From Nemertoderma westbladi (Eukaryota > Animalia > Xenacoelomorpha): a DNA stretch of 64,000 nucleotides. Of the stretch, positions 26,101 to 38,349 are shown one piece after another (position 1 is the stretch's first letter; each line of letters starts with the position of its first letter). The notes under the pieces are model-generated. The model searched no databases. It had not been told where the DNA came from and saw only the letters and a program-made list of their open reading frames with translations. Both the position numbers and the translations under genes were made by a program. The stretch covers positions 87,026 to 151,025 of the forward strand of contig JAUCBJ010006938.1 in assembly GCA_032718475.1 (NCBI GenBank), read 5' to 3'.

Positions 26101-26957
26101 TAAATAGTACGTTCTCTCAGTTATGGGTGTTTCCTCCGGTACTCGCTCCGCATATCCCTTGTCAATGAATTTCTTCAGCTGGGTCTTGTACATCTCCTTA
26201 GCTGAAGCATTTGCCGTAAGGCGTCGATGTAGTTGCGCAATTCTCTTCTCCGCCAAGTGTCGGTTGTTTATAAAATTGGGTTCTCGCCGTTGGAAAGGCA
26301 GACCAATCTCATACCTACCTTGATCTTTAAGAAAACGTTTAGTCGTTTCCTGTATCTGCTTGGCTCTTTCCTCTTCTACCGATAGGGCCTTATCGTAGGA
26401 ATTGGGCTCTACAGCCTCTTGAGTAAAGAATCTTACGGCGTGTTCATCACGAGTCTTCGCGTTGTAACGATCTATCACTTCATTCAGTTTGTCGTTGTAA
26501 TCGACTTGTCCCTGACACAGGTTCACTTGGTTTTGCCAAGTTTCATTTTCCGTAAGGAGGTCGATGGTGTTCTCCTCGTCGAATAGTTGATGAATATCGT
26601 CATTATCTGAGGAGTATGGTGTTCCCTCAGGTGTGGTGTCTCCCTCACTGATTTCCTCTTCCCATTCACTCACCTGATGGACTTGATCTTTAGGTAGCCT
26701 CTCCATGAGTGTCCTACGGGAAGGTCCAGTAAAGTACCAACCTACTCTAGTTCTTCCCGCTAGGTTTGTAATGGTTGCGGTTGAGCAGGCCGTTTCTCTA
26801 ATGTCTCAAGCGCCTCATGCGCATTTTGGCCGATGAGTATCTGTACCCCTGGGTAGTCGGTATTGAATCTAGGTATCTCCTGCTGCTGGGTGAAATCGTC
26901 TTCATCCCAGTTATAAGGTTCCACTTGGCTGGTAGCGAAGATCTTTATCGCCACCAT
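23200..26957 (-). pseudogene. pol: BEL/Pao pol: RT (YxDD region deleted), RNase H, integrase
   Basis: VVFDGSA, GPNL, SDIEGMFLQV, FGIISSP, then a jump from RDIY to DPLGFISP; HVFGDAS, NPADIASRG, DLFGP, SDKGTNF, GGSWERLI. Confidence 0.92.
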
Positions 26958-26988
26958 TTTTACTGACCTTATACTGTGTTTTCCTAGT

Positions 26989-29900
26989 TCATCCTGTAGA
27001 TTTCCAAACCTGCATAATTCCTGAAAGGTTCAACTTAGTTCGGAACTTGGGTTGTCCAGCAAAGATGTCTTCGGCTAGTTCTTTGTTGATGAATGTTCCT
27101 GTGCTGCCGGAGTCAAGGAGGGCATTCACTATATAGCTCTTTTTTAACCAGTGGACTCTCAACTGCACTACGGGAAATTCCCGGATTCCTACGTTGGAAG
27201 TTGGGGCTTTCCAAGATGGTTGTCGGTCCGGAATAGTTAGGGGGAGTTCGCTATCGGTTTCAGTCTCATACGTAAGCACTCGATACACCGCGGTGTTTAT
27301 CATATAGCAGGATTCGTTTTCGTCGGAGAATTCATCTGTGTAGAATCCTTCCATCTCAGAACTTTGGTCAGTGTCGTTCACATCACTGAATTGGACATGT
27401 AGTTCGGACTCACTTACCTGACTCGGGCTGTTTCTTTCGAATTCGGTGTGCAACAAGATATGATATTTCGCGCAGCACTTAGCACACCTTGCATCGGAGT
27501 AACAGGTTCGCCATTGGTGTCCTTGTCTGAGACAATTATAACACAACCGCTTATTCCACATGACTTCGCGTCTATCTTTTATGGATTTCTTTAAGAATTC
27601 ATCATACACACTTAAACGGTGGGGCCCGTCGCACAATGCACATTTTGGTTTGATGTTACTTACTTTACCTTGGGTAGTGTTGTGCACACTCGTTCTTTCC
27701 TCGGGCTTTCTTCCATGAATTCTTTTAGGAGACATAGGAGGAGTTTTTGTTACCTGTTCTCTCCTGTCACTAGTTCGAGACTTAAATTTACTTACGTCCT
27801 TAGGCGCTTTGTTGACATAGTAAGATCTTTCGGTGTCTTTCCCGTTGTTCTCCTCTTGAGAGGCCTGGCTTTCGCCATCGTCTGTATAACACACTGGTGT
27901 TACCTTTCTCCTAGAAACGGGTTTCTCACTTACCTTATTTTCCGGTGTCTTCTCTCTGGACTGCTTTAGGAGCTGTAATTTTACCTCTCCATTCAAGAAT
28001 GACATGAGATCAGCCATGGTAGGGTCTCTTCGTTGTTGTTCCATCATATATAGAACTCTTTTGTCCCAACGAGTACCCACTCCACCCTTTGGCAAGGTAG
28101 ATGCTACAGCTCCAATAACCATAGAACTCTGATATTCATGAGACTTACCTACCCAATCTAATTGTCTACAAATGTCCTGGATCTCATCAGAAAATTCTAT
28201 AATCCCACTGCTAAGAAACTTTCGAGGCACTACCAATTTCGCATACAAATACCTAGCTATGTTATTCCTATTACCATACCTGATGTTTAGTGTATCCCAA
28301 ACTTGTCTTAATCCATCTGGATGTCCAATAAACTTTAACGCCATTAACTTGGGCGATCCTTCCAAGCACTCGATGAGGAATCTAAGTTTCTCTCCGTTAG
28401 ATAGCACAGAGTTCTGTATGTTATCTTTATAATATTCATTAAAAGGTAACCATTTCATCTCATCTCCATTGAACTTGACGATCTCTCCCACCTTTACCGC
28501 TTGACGGGCTTCGGTTCTAGCCATTTGACGCATAAAACTTTCTTGGGCCATCGTATTATTTAATATCGAGTTATCGGTATATAAATTTCTCGGATTATGA
28601 TCAGGTCTATATGAAATATCATTATTAACAGGTTTATCGTTACCCTTAATAGGGTTTACTATAGGAGTTTCTACTTCACTAGCAGTATAGATGTGTGTAG
28701 GCTCCACACCTTGCGCATGAAATACTTCAGACCTAACAGGTTGACACATTTTTACAGAGGGTGGTGGTATACCCTTTTGTAGATTTACTAACTTATCGCG
28801 TTCTAACGCGATACTCTGCTGCACTTCCTGCAATTCTAACCTACTCTCTCTTACTGTTCCCCTTAACTGTTGAACAGTCCCCTCCAACTCTCGGACCTGC
28901 TGGGAGGAGCGTGCCTGATTCTCCTCCATCTGCCCGAGGAGAATATCCATCCCCCGCCGTCGCTCATCCACCCACTCTACCGCCGAAGCGGGAGCCGCCA
29001 ACATAGTAGCGGTAGACGAGGGATGACGGGCGATAAATCGTTAATTTCTCGCTCGGCGTCCATGACTGGAATTGACTCTGGAACTGTCCTACTGGGTACA
29101 GGTAGTTTAGTACTGTGCAAAGGGAATTTAGAGTTAGGTTCTGGAAGTACAGGGGTCTCTATCACAGAAGGGGTGGCTTCGAGAACAGGCCTAATTATTT
29201 CAGGCTCATCTACTATAGTAGGGAGTCTTTCTACTCTAATAATTTGGTCTGTGGGTTCTGTACTACCTAAGTCTGCACTAGCTAGTTGCCTTCTCACAGC
29301 TGGGGGCAAATTAGGCAATTTCTGATGGTGAGGCGTTCTTCTATGTCTGCTGGAACGAGATCTATTTCCTCTGCCTTCAGGATCTGTTGTATCGCCTTCA
29401 TCAGATGATGTAAATCCCTGTCTCTTGGGAGTAGATCGACTTATCATCTGCATATACTTAGCTGTTCTTTGTTTATTGGAGTAATCTTGCTTCTCTTGAA
29501 GATTTTCCAACTCTAGTTGGACTGTCTCTTCAGATGCCCTCCGTTCTGCTGCTGCCACTGCCTCTGCCGCTTTTCTTTCCGCTTCTGCCACTGCTACCTT
29601 TCTTTCAGCATCTGCCTCTGCCGCTGCCACTTTTCTTTCGGCTTCTGCCACTGCCGCTGCCGCTGCCTCTGCCACTGCCACTGCCGCCTTTCTTTCAGCC
29701 TCTGCCCCTGCCGCTGCCGCTTTTCTTTCAGCTTCTGCCGCTGCCGCTGCAGCTGCCGCCTTTCTTTGAACTTCTGCCGCTGCCGCTGCTGCTACTTTTC
29801 TGTCTTCTATCCATTTTTTCTTTAATTGTTCTTCATGTTCCCTAGCGAGGAGGATGCTTTCATCAAATTTAGCTTGCTCTGTGACTAACATTTCCGCATC

Positions 29901-30647
29901 TAATGCGTCTAACACAAATTTGGCTCCTTCACTAGTAGGGTGAAGTCCAGCCAGCCGTCTCCTCAACTCTTTGTCACCTATAAAGCGTTGATAGTCTGAC
30001 AGATATATGTCAATGGCATCCTTCTTCTGAGGTTTCTCTGATGTCGCTTCGCTTTCCACTTGAGAAAAGGTAGCGTCTGTTGATTCTCCGTGGGTTGAGC
30101 GCTCAGCCAGCTGAATTTTCCACTGGGCCGTACCTTGAACTTTGAGACCCACCCGCTGGAACCAAGTCTTTACGGCAACTTGCAACGACGTGTCTTGGCT
30201 TCTTTTCAAAGCTTCCTCAAAGGCCGATAGGATTAGTCTGATTCTTAGGATACGTTCTCAAACTTGATAAAGCAGCTCTCCCTGCTCTTGAGGTCCTTGG
30301 GGTTGTTGAAACAGTTGTTCCTCTAATCGCTCCAAAGAGCTGAAGAATCCCTGTACATATCCTGCTGCCGACCTCTTCCACACAGCTGGATCTCTAGTGT
30401 CCCTTACCACTCCCATCCTGTATAAGTCCTCCCAGGCAGCTTCCAATAAGTTAAACGGGAGTCCGGGTCTGGGGAAGTTCCATTGCGTCTCTAAAATAGA
30501 CTTCAGTTCCTCCTTCGTGTATCCCGCATAACTGTCCTTGGTCGATCGCTTACTTCTCGCCCAATCAATTTGATGTTCCTCCACCGCAATCAATACTCTA
30601 GTGAGTACGGCGCCGGTCCGCATGTTCCGCACTCCTATCTGGATCAC
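26989..30647 (-). pseudogene. gag: BEL/Pao gag-protease with a long N-terminal extension (frameshifted)
   Basis: ORFs 30258-30647, 28977-30209 (Ala/Glu/Lys coiled-coil repeats) and 26989-29004 (FNGDEMKWLPF, CALCDGPH, CYNCLRQGH, CAKC..YH, ALLDSGS). Confidence 0.88.
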
Positions 30648-32599
30648 AGATTGTTGTATCTAGGAGACTGTCTGACAGGGTTTGCTTTGTGTCAGCCATG
30701 TTTGATTGTACAGTTGAATGCCTACTACTATAACGACAGTTAAAGCAAGTCTAGTAATTCAGTATCAACTGTTAGCCTAGTAATTAATTACCGATATCGT
30801 TACTCTATGTAACGTGATATATATACAATATATTAGAATACCGGTATACACTTATAGTATATATATAAGTATTATTACAGACTAGGGTTTGTCACAGAAT
30901 ACCGGTATATAATTTCAGCACAAATATATATAAATATATAATAAGCCTACCGTGAATACTGGTATACAACTTACACTTATAGTATATATAAGTATGATTA
31001 TAGACTAGAATTAATTACAGAATACCGGTATATAATTTCAGCATAAATTTATAGAAATAAATATAATAAGCCTATCATAAATACCAGTATGTCAATTATT
31101 TTATAATAACTGAATTTCTGAATTTTAGGGTTACTTTTCTTTACTTTATTACTGATATTAAGCAGTAGTCCAACTGATATTAAGACCTAATTGATGGATA
31201 ACAGGCCTACTATTTTATAAATCGGTTTGAGTTGATTTATAATATATATATACCCTTATAATGGGTTTTTGACAATATTTGAAATAAATGTTATTATTTC
31301 TGGTAAGGAGTCACTACACAGAAGCTGTACGCTCTCAGTGAAGTGCTACTTGTTGGACACTAAAACAAATAATTCTACTTGCCTAAGTTACTTATTACTA
31401 CAAATTACGTACAATTACGGGGTGTGACTACAATCTCTAAATAAACACAAAAATTTACACGTACAAATTTTAGGGTAATTTTACAGGAAATCTACAAACC
31501 AGCCTAACAAGGGGTTAGAATTTCTGGTTATTACAACGGACAGGATACTACAGTATTTGAAAATAATTAAGCAGTAGTAAATAAATTGCATTGTCTAGAT
31601 AAGAAAATACCACCGTCTGACGACTTATAGTCTTTAGCTGTACAGCTCTATAAGTACTACGTTATGTACCCGGAGTGTTCCTACCTAGAAGTTTATTACC
31701 GCAGCCAACCAGAGCTAACGTGCCTATTAACCACTTTACAACACAAATATACTGCCTACACACTAATTACCTTCGGAAAGCACTGTACACTAAACCCTAA
31801 ATTAGGTACAAGTACTTATACAACAAATAACCAGCAGTTAAAAATACTTGTATAGCTAAAAGAACCACGGTATCTGCTGGAGTGACTAGAGCATAAAATC
31901 ACCAGTCTTTACCTACGCCAAGCAGCCCTGATGTAGTACCGGGGTTAATTTAACTATAACGGTATGTATAACAAGCACAATTACTGTAGGAATAAACTTA
32001 GGGAGTTATCTATGTTGCGAATACTCGCATAGACTCTGAATAATAAATATTACGCTACCCGTGCAGACTACACAAACAAAATACAAACCAAACGCTGGCA
32101 GACTACTATCAAGCCTAAATAAACTACAGTATATGCAGACTCAGAAATGGTTAGTTAGTATGCGTTCTAACCGAGTAGTACGACTTATTCTTTCGGGGGG
32201 GATTTACCTTACAGCACTGGATGCCTCCACCTTCCTAACTAGTACTTTATCGGACATACACTCTACACACACTGCAATCTCTTCAGACTTAACAACAGCC
32301 AGACAACAATCCAGCCTACAAATTATTTATACAATCTGAGCAGGCTTACACGCCTTCTGCTCAATATTACACTTACAAATAAATAAAACTGACAGAAATA
32401 AGTAAAATCCCAATAAAAAACCAGGCGTCCCCGATTAAATATTAAGACCTACAGGTATATAATTATCAAAATCGAATAATACTGCTGTATCTGTAAGTAC
32501 TGGTTCGGGTAGTTGGGCAGTCAGGCCTACAGCTTACTGTTCGACCGGTACCTTCGACTTTATTGCCTACGGTGCAATAAAGAATCAAAAATCTGTTAT

Positions 32600-33840
32600 T
32601 GTTCGCGCTTTCAGACCTTTAGCAGTTTAACCTGCCAATTTTAGGTGTCCTCTTGTTTATAAATCGACTTTAGCCTATAACAATTATTTAATGCACATGA
32701 AGTAACATTAGCCGAAGCCAGTCTATGCGCGATCATTCACCCACAGTTAAGGGAGACTGGATTCGGATGCTTGGACCTTATTGCGTTGCAGACCTACTGT
32801 ATTATTCGATTGATTGTTACTATATAATCTCTGACAATATTATTCACTTTCGGGAAATATTAACAGTTCCTTTAGGACGTGGCGCTCTAAGTATGTAAAC
32901 AGAGTTATGACTTACACTAAACACAACGGGATGGCTAATGATTTATGTATAAAGCGCATTCTTTAGGAAATGCTTTGTTACCTATCACACTCATGCACAC
33001 TACCTCACACTGCTGCACACTGATCTGCCGAACTTCACTAAATTTGATCATATATAAGGAGAACAGCAACTGACATATGTAGGGTCTATGAAATAGCATT
33101 CAATTCACTCCAAAACCACTATAATGTAAGTCGCAATTGCTATATGTAACCGGTCTCTCTAACCTTCAGTATATCAAGAAGATTGGGGTTTTATGATTAT
33201 TTATCGATATTCTCCAAATATAACAACATATCCATCAACATATAACCATTAATAACAGACAGTAAACAGAAGTACAATAATGCGGTGATATTCAGCCAGT
33301 ATCGGTAATACCGGTACCTCAGTTGCAGGTGCAGTATCAAAGTTGTTCAGTCAGTGCAGACTGCAGTTTCATCAGTCAGTGATTCAGAGTCAGTTGCAGT
33401 CATCAGTTGCAGATAATAGATTTACGTTCTTGTAATCCAAAGCCATCTAATGTTGGCCAAAGTCTGAAACTTCCAACACAGAAGTACAGAAGAATCCTAA
33501 GCCGGTGTTCCTGGCTTAGAAAAGATACACACTGACTGAATTGCGTGGGTTTCTGTAGGCACTGTCCAACACAAAGAGAAAATCGCTCTGATTGGTCGAG
33601 CGAGCCGAACAAAGAACAAAGAAAAGCTCCACGCTGGCATTAAATCAGCTGACAGATGTCGTCATCTGAACTACACTCTATTTAGAGTATTTGGCGTATT
33701 GCGGCATAAAATGGCTTGTTATGTCCGCTAAAACACCTACAGGGTACATTGCGGAGAAAATGGCTTGTTATGTCCGCTAAAACAACTAAACAGTTCATTG
33801 CGGAGAAAAATGACTGGTTATATCCGCAAAAGCTTTTACA
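32600..33840 (-). repeat. BEL 5' LTR
   Basis: Direct repeat of 18489-19728. Confidence 0.95.
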
Positions 33841-34168
33841 ATAAGAATCCGCCGTGGGATAAGGGATCCGGTTTAGTGTATATTTTAGCGTGAGCTAAGT
33901 TTAGTGAGTTATTATCTTTTGATCATTAAAATAATACGTAATAAAAGTATTAATACATACGCGTCTTTCAGTACAAAGTGTAGTGATCTAGCTAGCTATA
34001 TGAATCATTGTTTTGTTGTGTTGCCTAGCAACATATCCAGCATCCTTAGCTGGGAAACCTATCAGCTAACGTTCTAGTTCCAGGGTCGCGACATGGCTCC
34101 CCCCAGCGGAGGGCAGTGAACTGACAGAAGCGATGATGCCTGGAAACCATAATAGTTCGGGGGCTTTA

Positions 34169-37100
34169 TTATACGGCTTGAATGTGAATGTTTTCCAATG
34201 TTGCTGGGGTTGGCTCCGGTGAGTGGTTTGTGGGTGTGGGTGTAGATTTTAGCGCGGGTGGATTTGGAGCTGTGGTTGACAACTGCGATTTATATGCTAC
34301 TTTGAGTCTGTCAACAGAGATGGAGTCTTGTTTACCATTGATGTCGAGCAAGAAACATTTATCACCCGCCTTCAAGACTTTGAATGGACCTGAATAGGGC
34401 CGCTCCAGGGGTCCGTGGTGTTTGTCTACTCGGACATAAACGAATCCAGTTGATGATAAGTGGTTTGGAAAGTGTTCATGTCGTTGGCCATGATAGTTGA
34501 AAGGCGGAGGGAGTGCGGAATGCATTGCAGTTTGAAGACGTAGCAGAAATTCATTATCCGGACAGTCAGTAGGAGATCTGCGCTGTAGACATTCCCCTGG
34601 GAGGTATAGAGCTGTGCCGTAAACAAGGTCGGCAGATGAGCAGTCGCTGTCTTCATGCCAGGCAGTCCACATTCCGAGGAGAACGAGGGGTAACTCATCC
34701 ATCCAGTTTGGGTTGTTGAGGCGAGCCTTTAGGGCAGCTTTAACTTGACGGTGCATCCGCTCTACAATACCGTTAGCTTGAGGGTGGTAGGCTGTAGTGG
34801 ACGAGGCAGAGATGCCTAGTAGTTGTGTAACTTCGACCACAAGTGCGAAGTGAATTGGGAGCCGCGATCTGAGACAATGTCGATGGGAACACCAAACCGA
34901 GCAATCCAGTGCCTAATGAGTGCACGGGCACAGGACTCAGTGGTGGCGTTCTGCAGAGGAATTGCCTCTGGCCAGCGAGTGAAGCGGTCTATGATGGTAA
35001 ACAGATACGAATTGCCTTCTGATTCAGGAAGGGGTCCCACAAGGTCAACATGGAGACTGGCAAACCGTTGGTCGGGTCGTGGCCGATGTGTAAGTGGGGC
35101 ATGTACATGACGTTGCACTTTTGATGCCTGGCACGGATGGCACTCTCGGCACCATCTTCTGACATCAGATTTTAATTTGTGCCAAACAAACCTGGAGGAT
35201 ATGGTGCGTTGCGTTGGGCGGCAACCAGTATGTGCCAGATTGTGAATTGTGTTGAAAATGTGCTTAGTCCATGAAGCTGGCACTATGGGACGATTGCTGC
35301 CTGTAGAGATGTCGCACAGGACGGTATAATCGCCGAAAGAAACATCTTTGAGGTTGAGTCCAGATATAGCTGTCCGATAGGAAGCGATTTCATTGGAAGA
35401 AACCTGGTCAGCTGCCAATTGGCGGTAATCGATAGTAGGAACATGAATCACAGAGATTGTTGGACTGACTGCCCGAGAGAGTGCATCAGCAACCACATTA
35501 TCAGAACCATTGATATGGCGAACATCGGTGGTAAACTCTGATATGTATGAGAGTTGACGAGTTTGTCGTGGTGATCTGTCGGTGGATGTAGAAAGGGCGA
35601 AAGTCAAAGGCTTGTGGTCGGTTAGGCTATGGAACTTCCGGCCTTCAATAAAGTGTTGGAAGTGTTTGACTGAGGTGAATATCGCCAACAGTTCACAGTC
35701 GAAGGTACTGTATTTTGACTCAGCAGTGGTGAGTTTCCTGGAGAAAAAACGCCAGGGGTAGCCATGTATCAGAAACTGAGTTTAGCTGTTCAATTTGGGC
35801 TCCGACTGCGATATCTGATGCATCGGTGCTGATCCTCATCTCACTCGCAGAACTAGGGTGTACGAGAAGAGTTGCAGATGCTAGCGTTGCCTTAGCAGCT
35901 TCAAAGGCGGACTGACATTCGGTGGTCCAAGTGATGTCTTTCCCCTTTCCCTTAGTGGCATCATGGAGAGCTGCGAGGGTGGCGGCAATACGTGGCATAA
36001 AACGGTGATAGTAGTTTATCATGCCAAGGAAACGTTGTAAGGCGAGTTTTGTCTTGGGGGTTGGGTATTCGATGATAGCTGCAACTTTAGAGGGAAGCGG
36101 AGCGATACCAGAAGCACTGATGCTGTGGCCAAGGTATGTTAGTTCTGATACACCGAACACACATTTACCTCTGTTAACTACCATCCCATTGTCCAGGAGG
36201 AGGCGGAATACCTGCTGTATGTGGTTGACATGTTCCTCTGAAGTAGCGCTAGCAACGAGGATGTCATCGAGATATACAAAAACAAAGGGGACACCATGAA
36301 TGATACCATCCATAAGACGCTGAAAGTCTTGCGCTGCATTCTTAAGACCGAATGGCATTCGTAGGAACTCGAATAGCCCAAATGGTGTTATAATGGCAGT
36401 TTTCGGTATATCACTGGCGTGTACAGGTATGTGGTGAAAACCTCGCACCAAGTCGATCTTTGAGAAAATCCTCATGTTCTCGAGGCTAGCATTAAAGTCA
36501 TGGATGTGGGGTAGTGGATAACGATCATCTATGGTGACATCGTTGAGCCGGTGGAAGTCTCCACATGGGCGCCAGCCACCACCAGGTTTGGGGGCGATAT
36601 GGAGGGGAGAGGACCAAGGTGAATTAGATTGGCGAATAATTCCGAGTTCCTCCATTTTGGCAAATTCAGTCTTGGCGATGGCTAACTTGTCTGCATCGAG
36701 GCGTCGTGCACGAGCGTGGAGAGGTGGTCCCTCCTTTGTGAGAATGTGGTGCTCCATGCCATGTTTATTGGAGGCTTCAGCAAAGAAACGAGGAATAAGG
36801 AGATCAGGGTACTCGTCTATAATCTTGTCAAAGGCGCTCTCAGATGGGGCATGAATGCCGGAAATGGAGGCCTGAACAGTGGTTTCCCGTGATGGGATCG
36901 TGGAAAGCAGCTCCATGTCTAGGAGGCGGCGCCCAGCCATGTCGATAGCTAAATGGTTATCTGCGAAAAAATCGGCACCGAGTATGGGTCGAGAAACATC
37001 AGCGAGACGAAACTCGTGGGTGAATGATCGACGACCTAGGAGAAGAGGGATGTTTCGTGTACCCCAAGTGCGGATGATGGTGTCATTAGCGGCTATGAGA

Positions 37101-37290
37101 GACTCAGTACACGAGTTGAACCGTTTGTCGTGGGCAGAGGCAGGGTAAACTGAGTAATCTGCACCACAGTCGACTAGGAAGTTGCGACCAGAGCGGCAGT
37201 CACTGACCATCATTGTTTTTCTCATCGTCATTTGATCAAGGCCGACCGTGGAGACGTCTAGCGGCCGGCCTGGGAGTTTCCCGAGGTTAA
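34169..37290 (-). pseudogene. pol: Gypsy pol (PR-RT-RH-IN), two frameshifts
   Basis: LVDCGA, YLDD, TDAS, TDHKPL, HVDLVGPLP, SDRGSQF, ANGIVERMHR, GPF. Confidence 0.93.
37276..37282 (-). promoter_or_regulatory. Probable -1 ribosomal frameshift site G-GGA-AAC at the gag/pol junction
   Basis: Slippery heptamer GGGAAAC; a -1 shift from TCG GGA AAC enters the pol frame (GKLPGRPL). Confidence 0.6.
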
Positions 37291-38042
37291 AAACTTGGGC
37301 CGGATTGGGTGGCTGCATTCGGTACAAGGTGACGGAGGATGCAACCATCATGGTTGCATTTACGGGCATTTTCTCCAAATCTATTGTGGAAATAACAAAG
37401 TTCATTCCGGGCTTTTGTTCTTTGCTTTGAAGGAGGCGGCGCGGAATGTGTAGAGTTGATGCCTGGGTGGCCGAAATTATTGGCTGAAGCTTCAATAATG
37501 TTATCTGCCTCTATTGCCAGTTGGTCAAGCTCCGACGTTTTGGAACCAGCCAGGATACGGCGCACTTCGATAGGCATTTGAGCCAGGAAAAGAGCATGGA
37601 ATATTGTCTCAGGGTTGCCATTGAGAGAACGCATGTGTCGAAGCAGTCCCGATGGTGTACGATCCCCAAGACCAGATAATGACAGTAATTCATTGTCTTT
37701 GGCCGCTTGAGATTTACCAAAGGTTTTGATGAGGGCTGTCTTCAGAGTTTCATAGCGATCATCAATTGGAGGGCTGAGGATAATCGATCTAACTTCTTTA
37801 GCAGTGGCATTGTCCAGAGCTGCAACGATGTAATTAAACTTTGTCTTGTCGACAGTAATCGGGGGTGTTCTCGAGTCAAACTGCGCCTCCACTTGAGCAA
37901 ACCAAACTTCTGGTTCGGCTGTCCAGAACATAGGGAGTTTGACAGAAACGGACGAAATTACTGGTGCAGGAGATGGATCAGTGACAGGCGTCGTTAGGTT
38001 TTTGATGGCCTGAGCTAGTAGCTGAATGTCGTTTTGATCCAT
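37287..38042 (-). CDS. gag: Gypsy Gag (CsRN1-type, CHCC motif)
   Basis: VKLPMFWTAEPEVWFAQVEAQF, CYFHNRFGENARKC. Confidence 0.88.
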   Translation of the reverse strand: MDQNDIQLLAQAIKNLTTPVTDPSPAPVISSVSVKLPMFWTAEPEVWFAQVEAQFDSRTPPITVDKTKFNYIVAALDNATAKEVRSIILSPPIDDRYETLKTALIKTFGKSQAAKDNELLSLSGLGDRTPSGLLRHMRSLNGNPETIFHALFLAQMPIEVRRILAGSKTSELDQLAIEADNIIEASANNFGHPGINSTHSAPPPSKQRTKARNELCYFHNRFGENARKCNHDGCILRHLVPNAATQSGPSF

Positions 38043-38349
38043 CACGTGTGTTTTTGCTTGGTACAATGAGTTCGGCGTCCGGGTCACCAGTTGAGCGTGA
38101 GCTAAGTTTAGTGTATTATTATCTTTTGATCATTAAAATAATACGTAATAAAAGTATTAATACATATATGCGTCTTTCAGTACAAAGTGTAGTGATCTAG
38201 CTAGCTATATGAACTAAAAGATATACGCCGATATACGGCGTACTGACTGTTGACGTCACGGCTGACGTCACCACGGTGCAACATACTGATAGGCTGCTAC
38301 ACCGCAACGTGAACGATCTATCGCCGGATTTTCGAGCGGATTCCCCTAC

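Larger units (their letters stand above)
18489..33840 (-). mobile_element. BEL/Pao LTR retrotransposon, 15.35 kb, defective
   Basis: About 1240-bp LTRs 18489-19728 and 32600-33840; TSD ATAAC/ATAAG (4/5 match); gag with three Zn knuckles, LLDSGS protease, Pao RT/RNase H (HVFGDAS), integrase and DUF5641-like tail. Confidence 0.95.

Noticed and set aside
29517-29845. Cys-rich and Leu/Pro-rich + strand ORFs
   Set aside because: Antisense shadows of the Ala-rich BEL gag repeat
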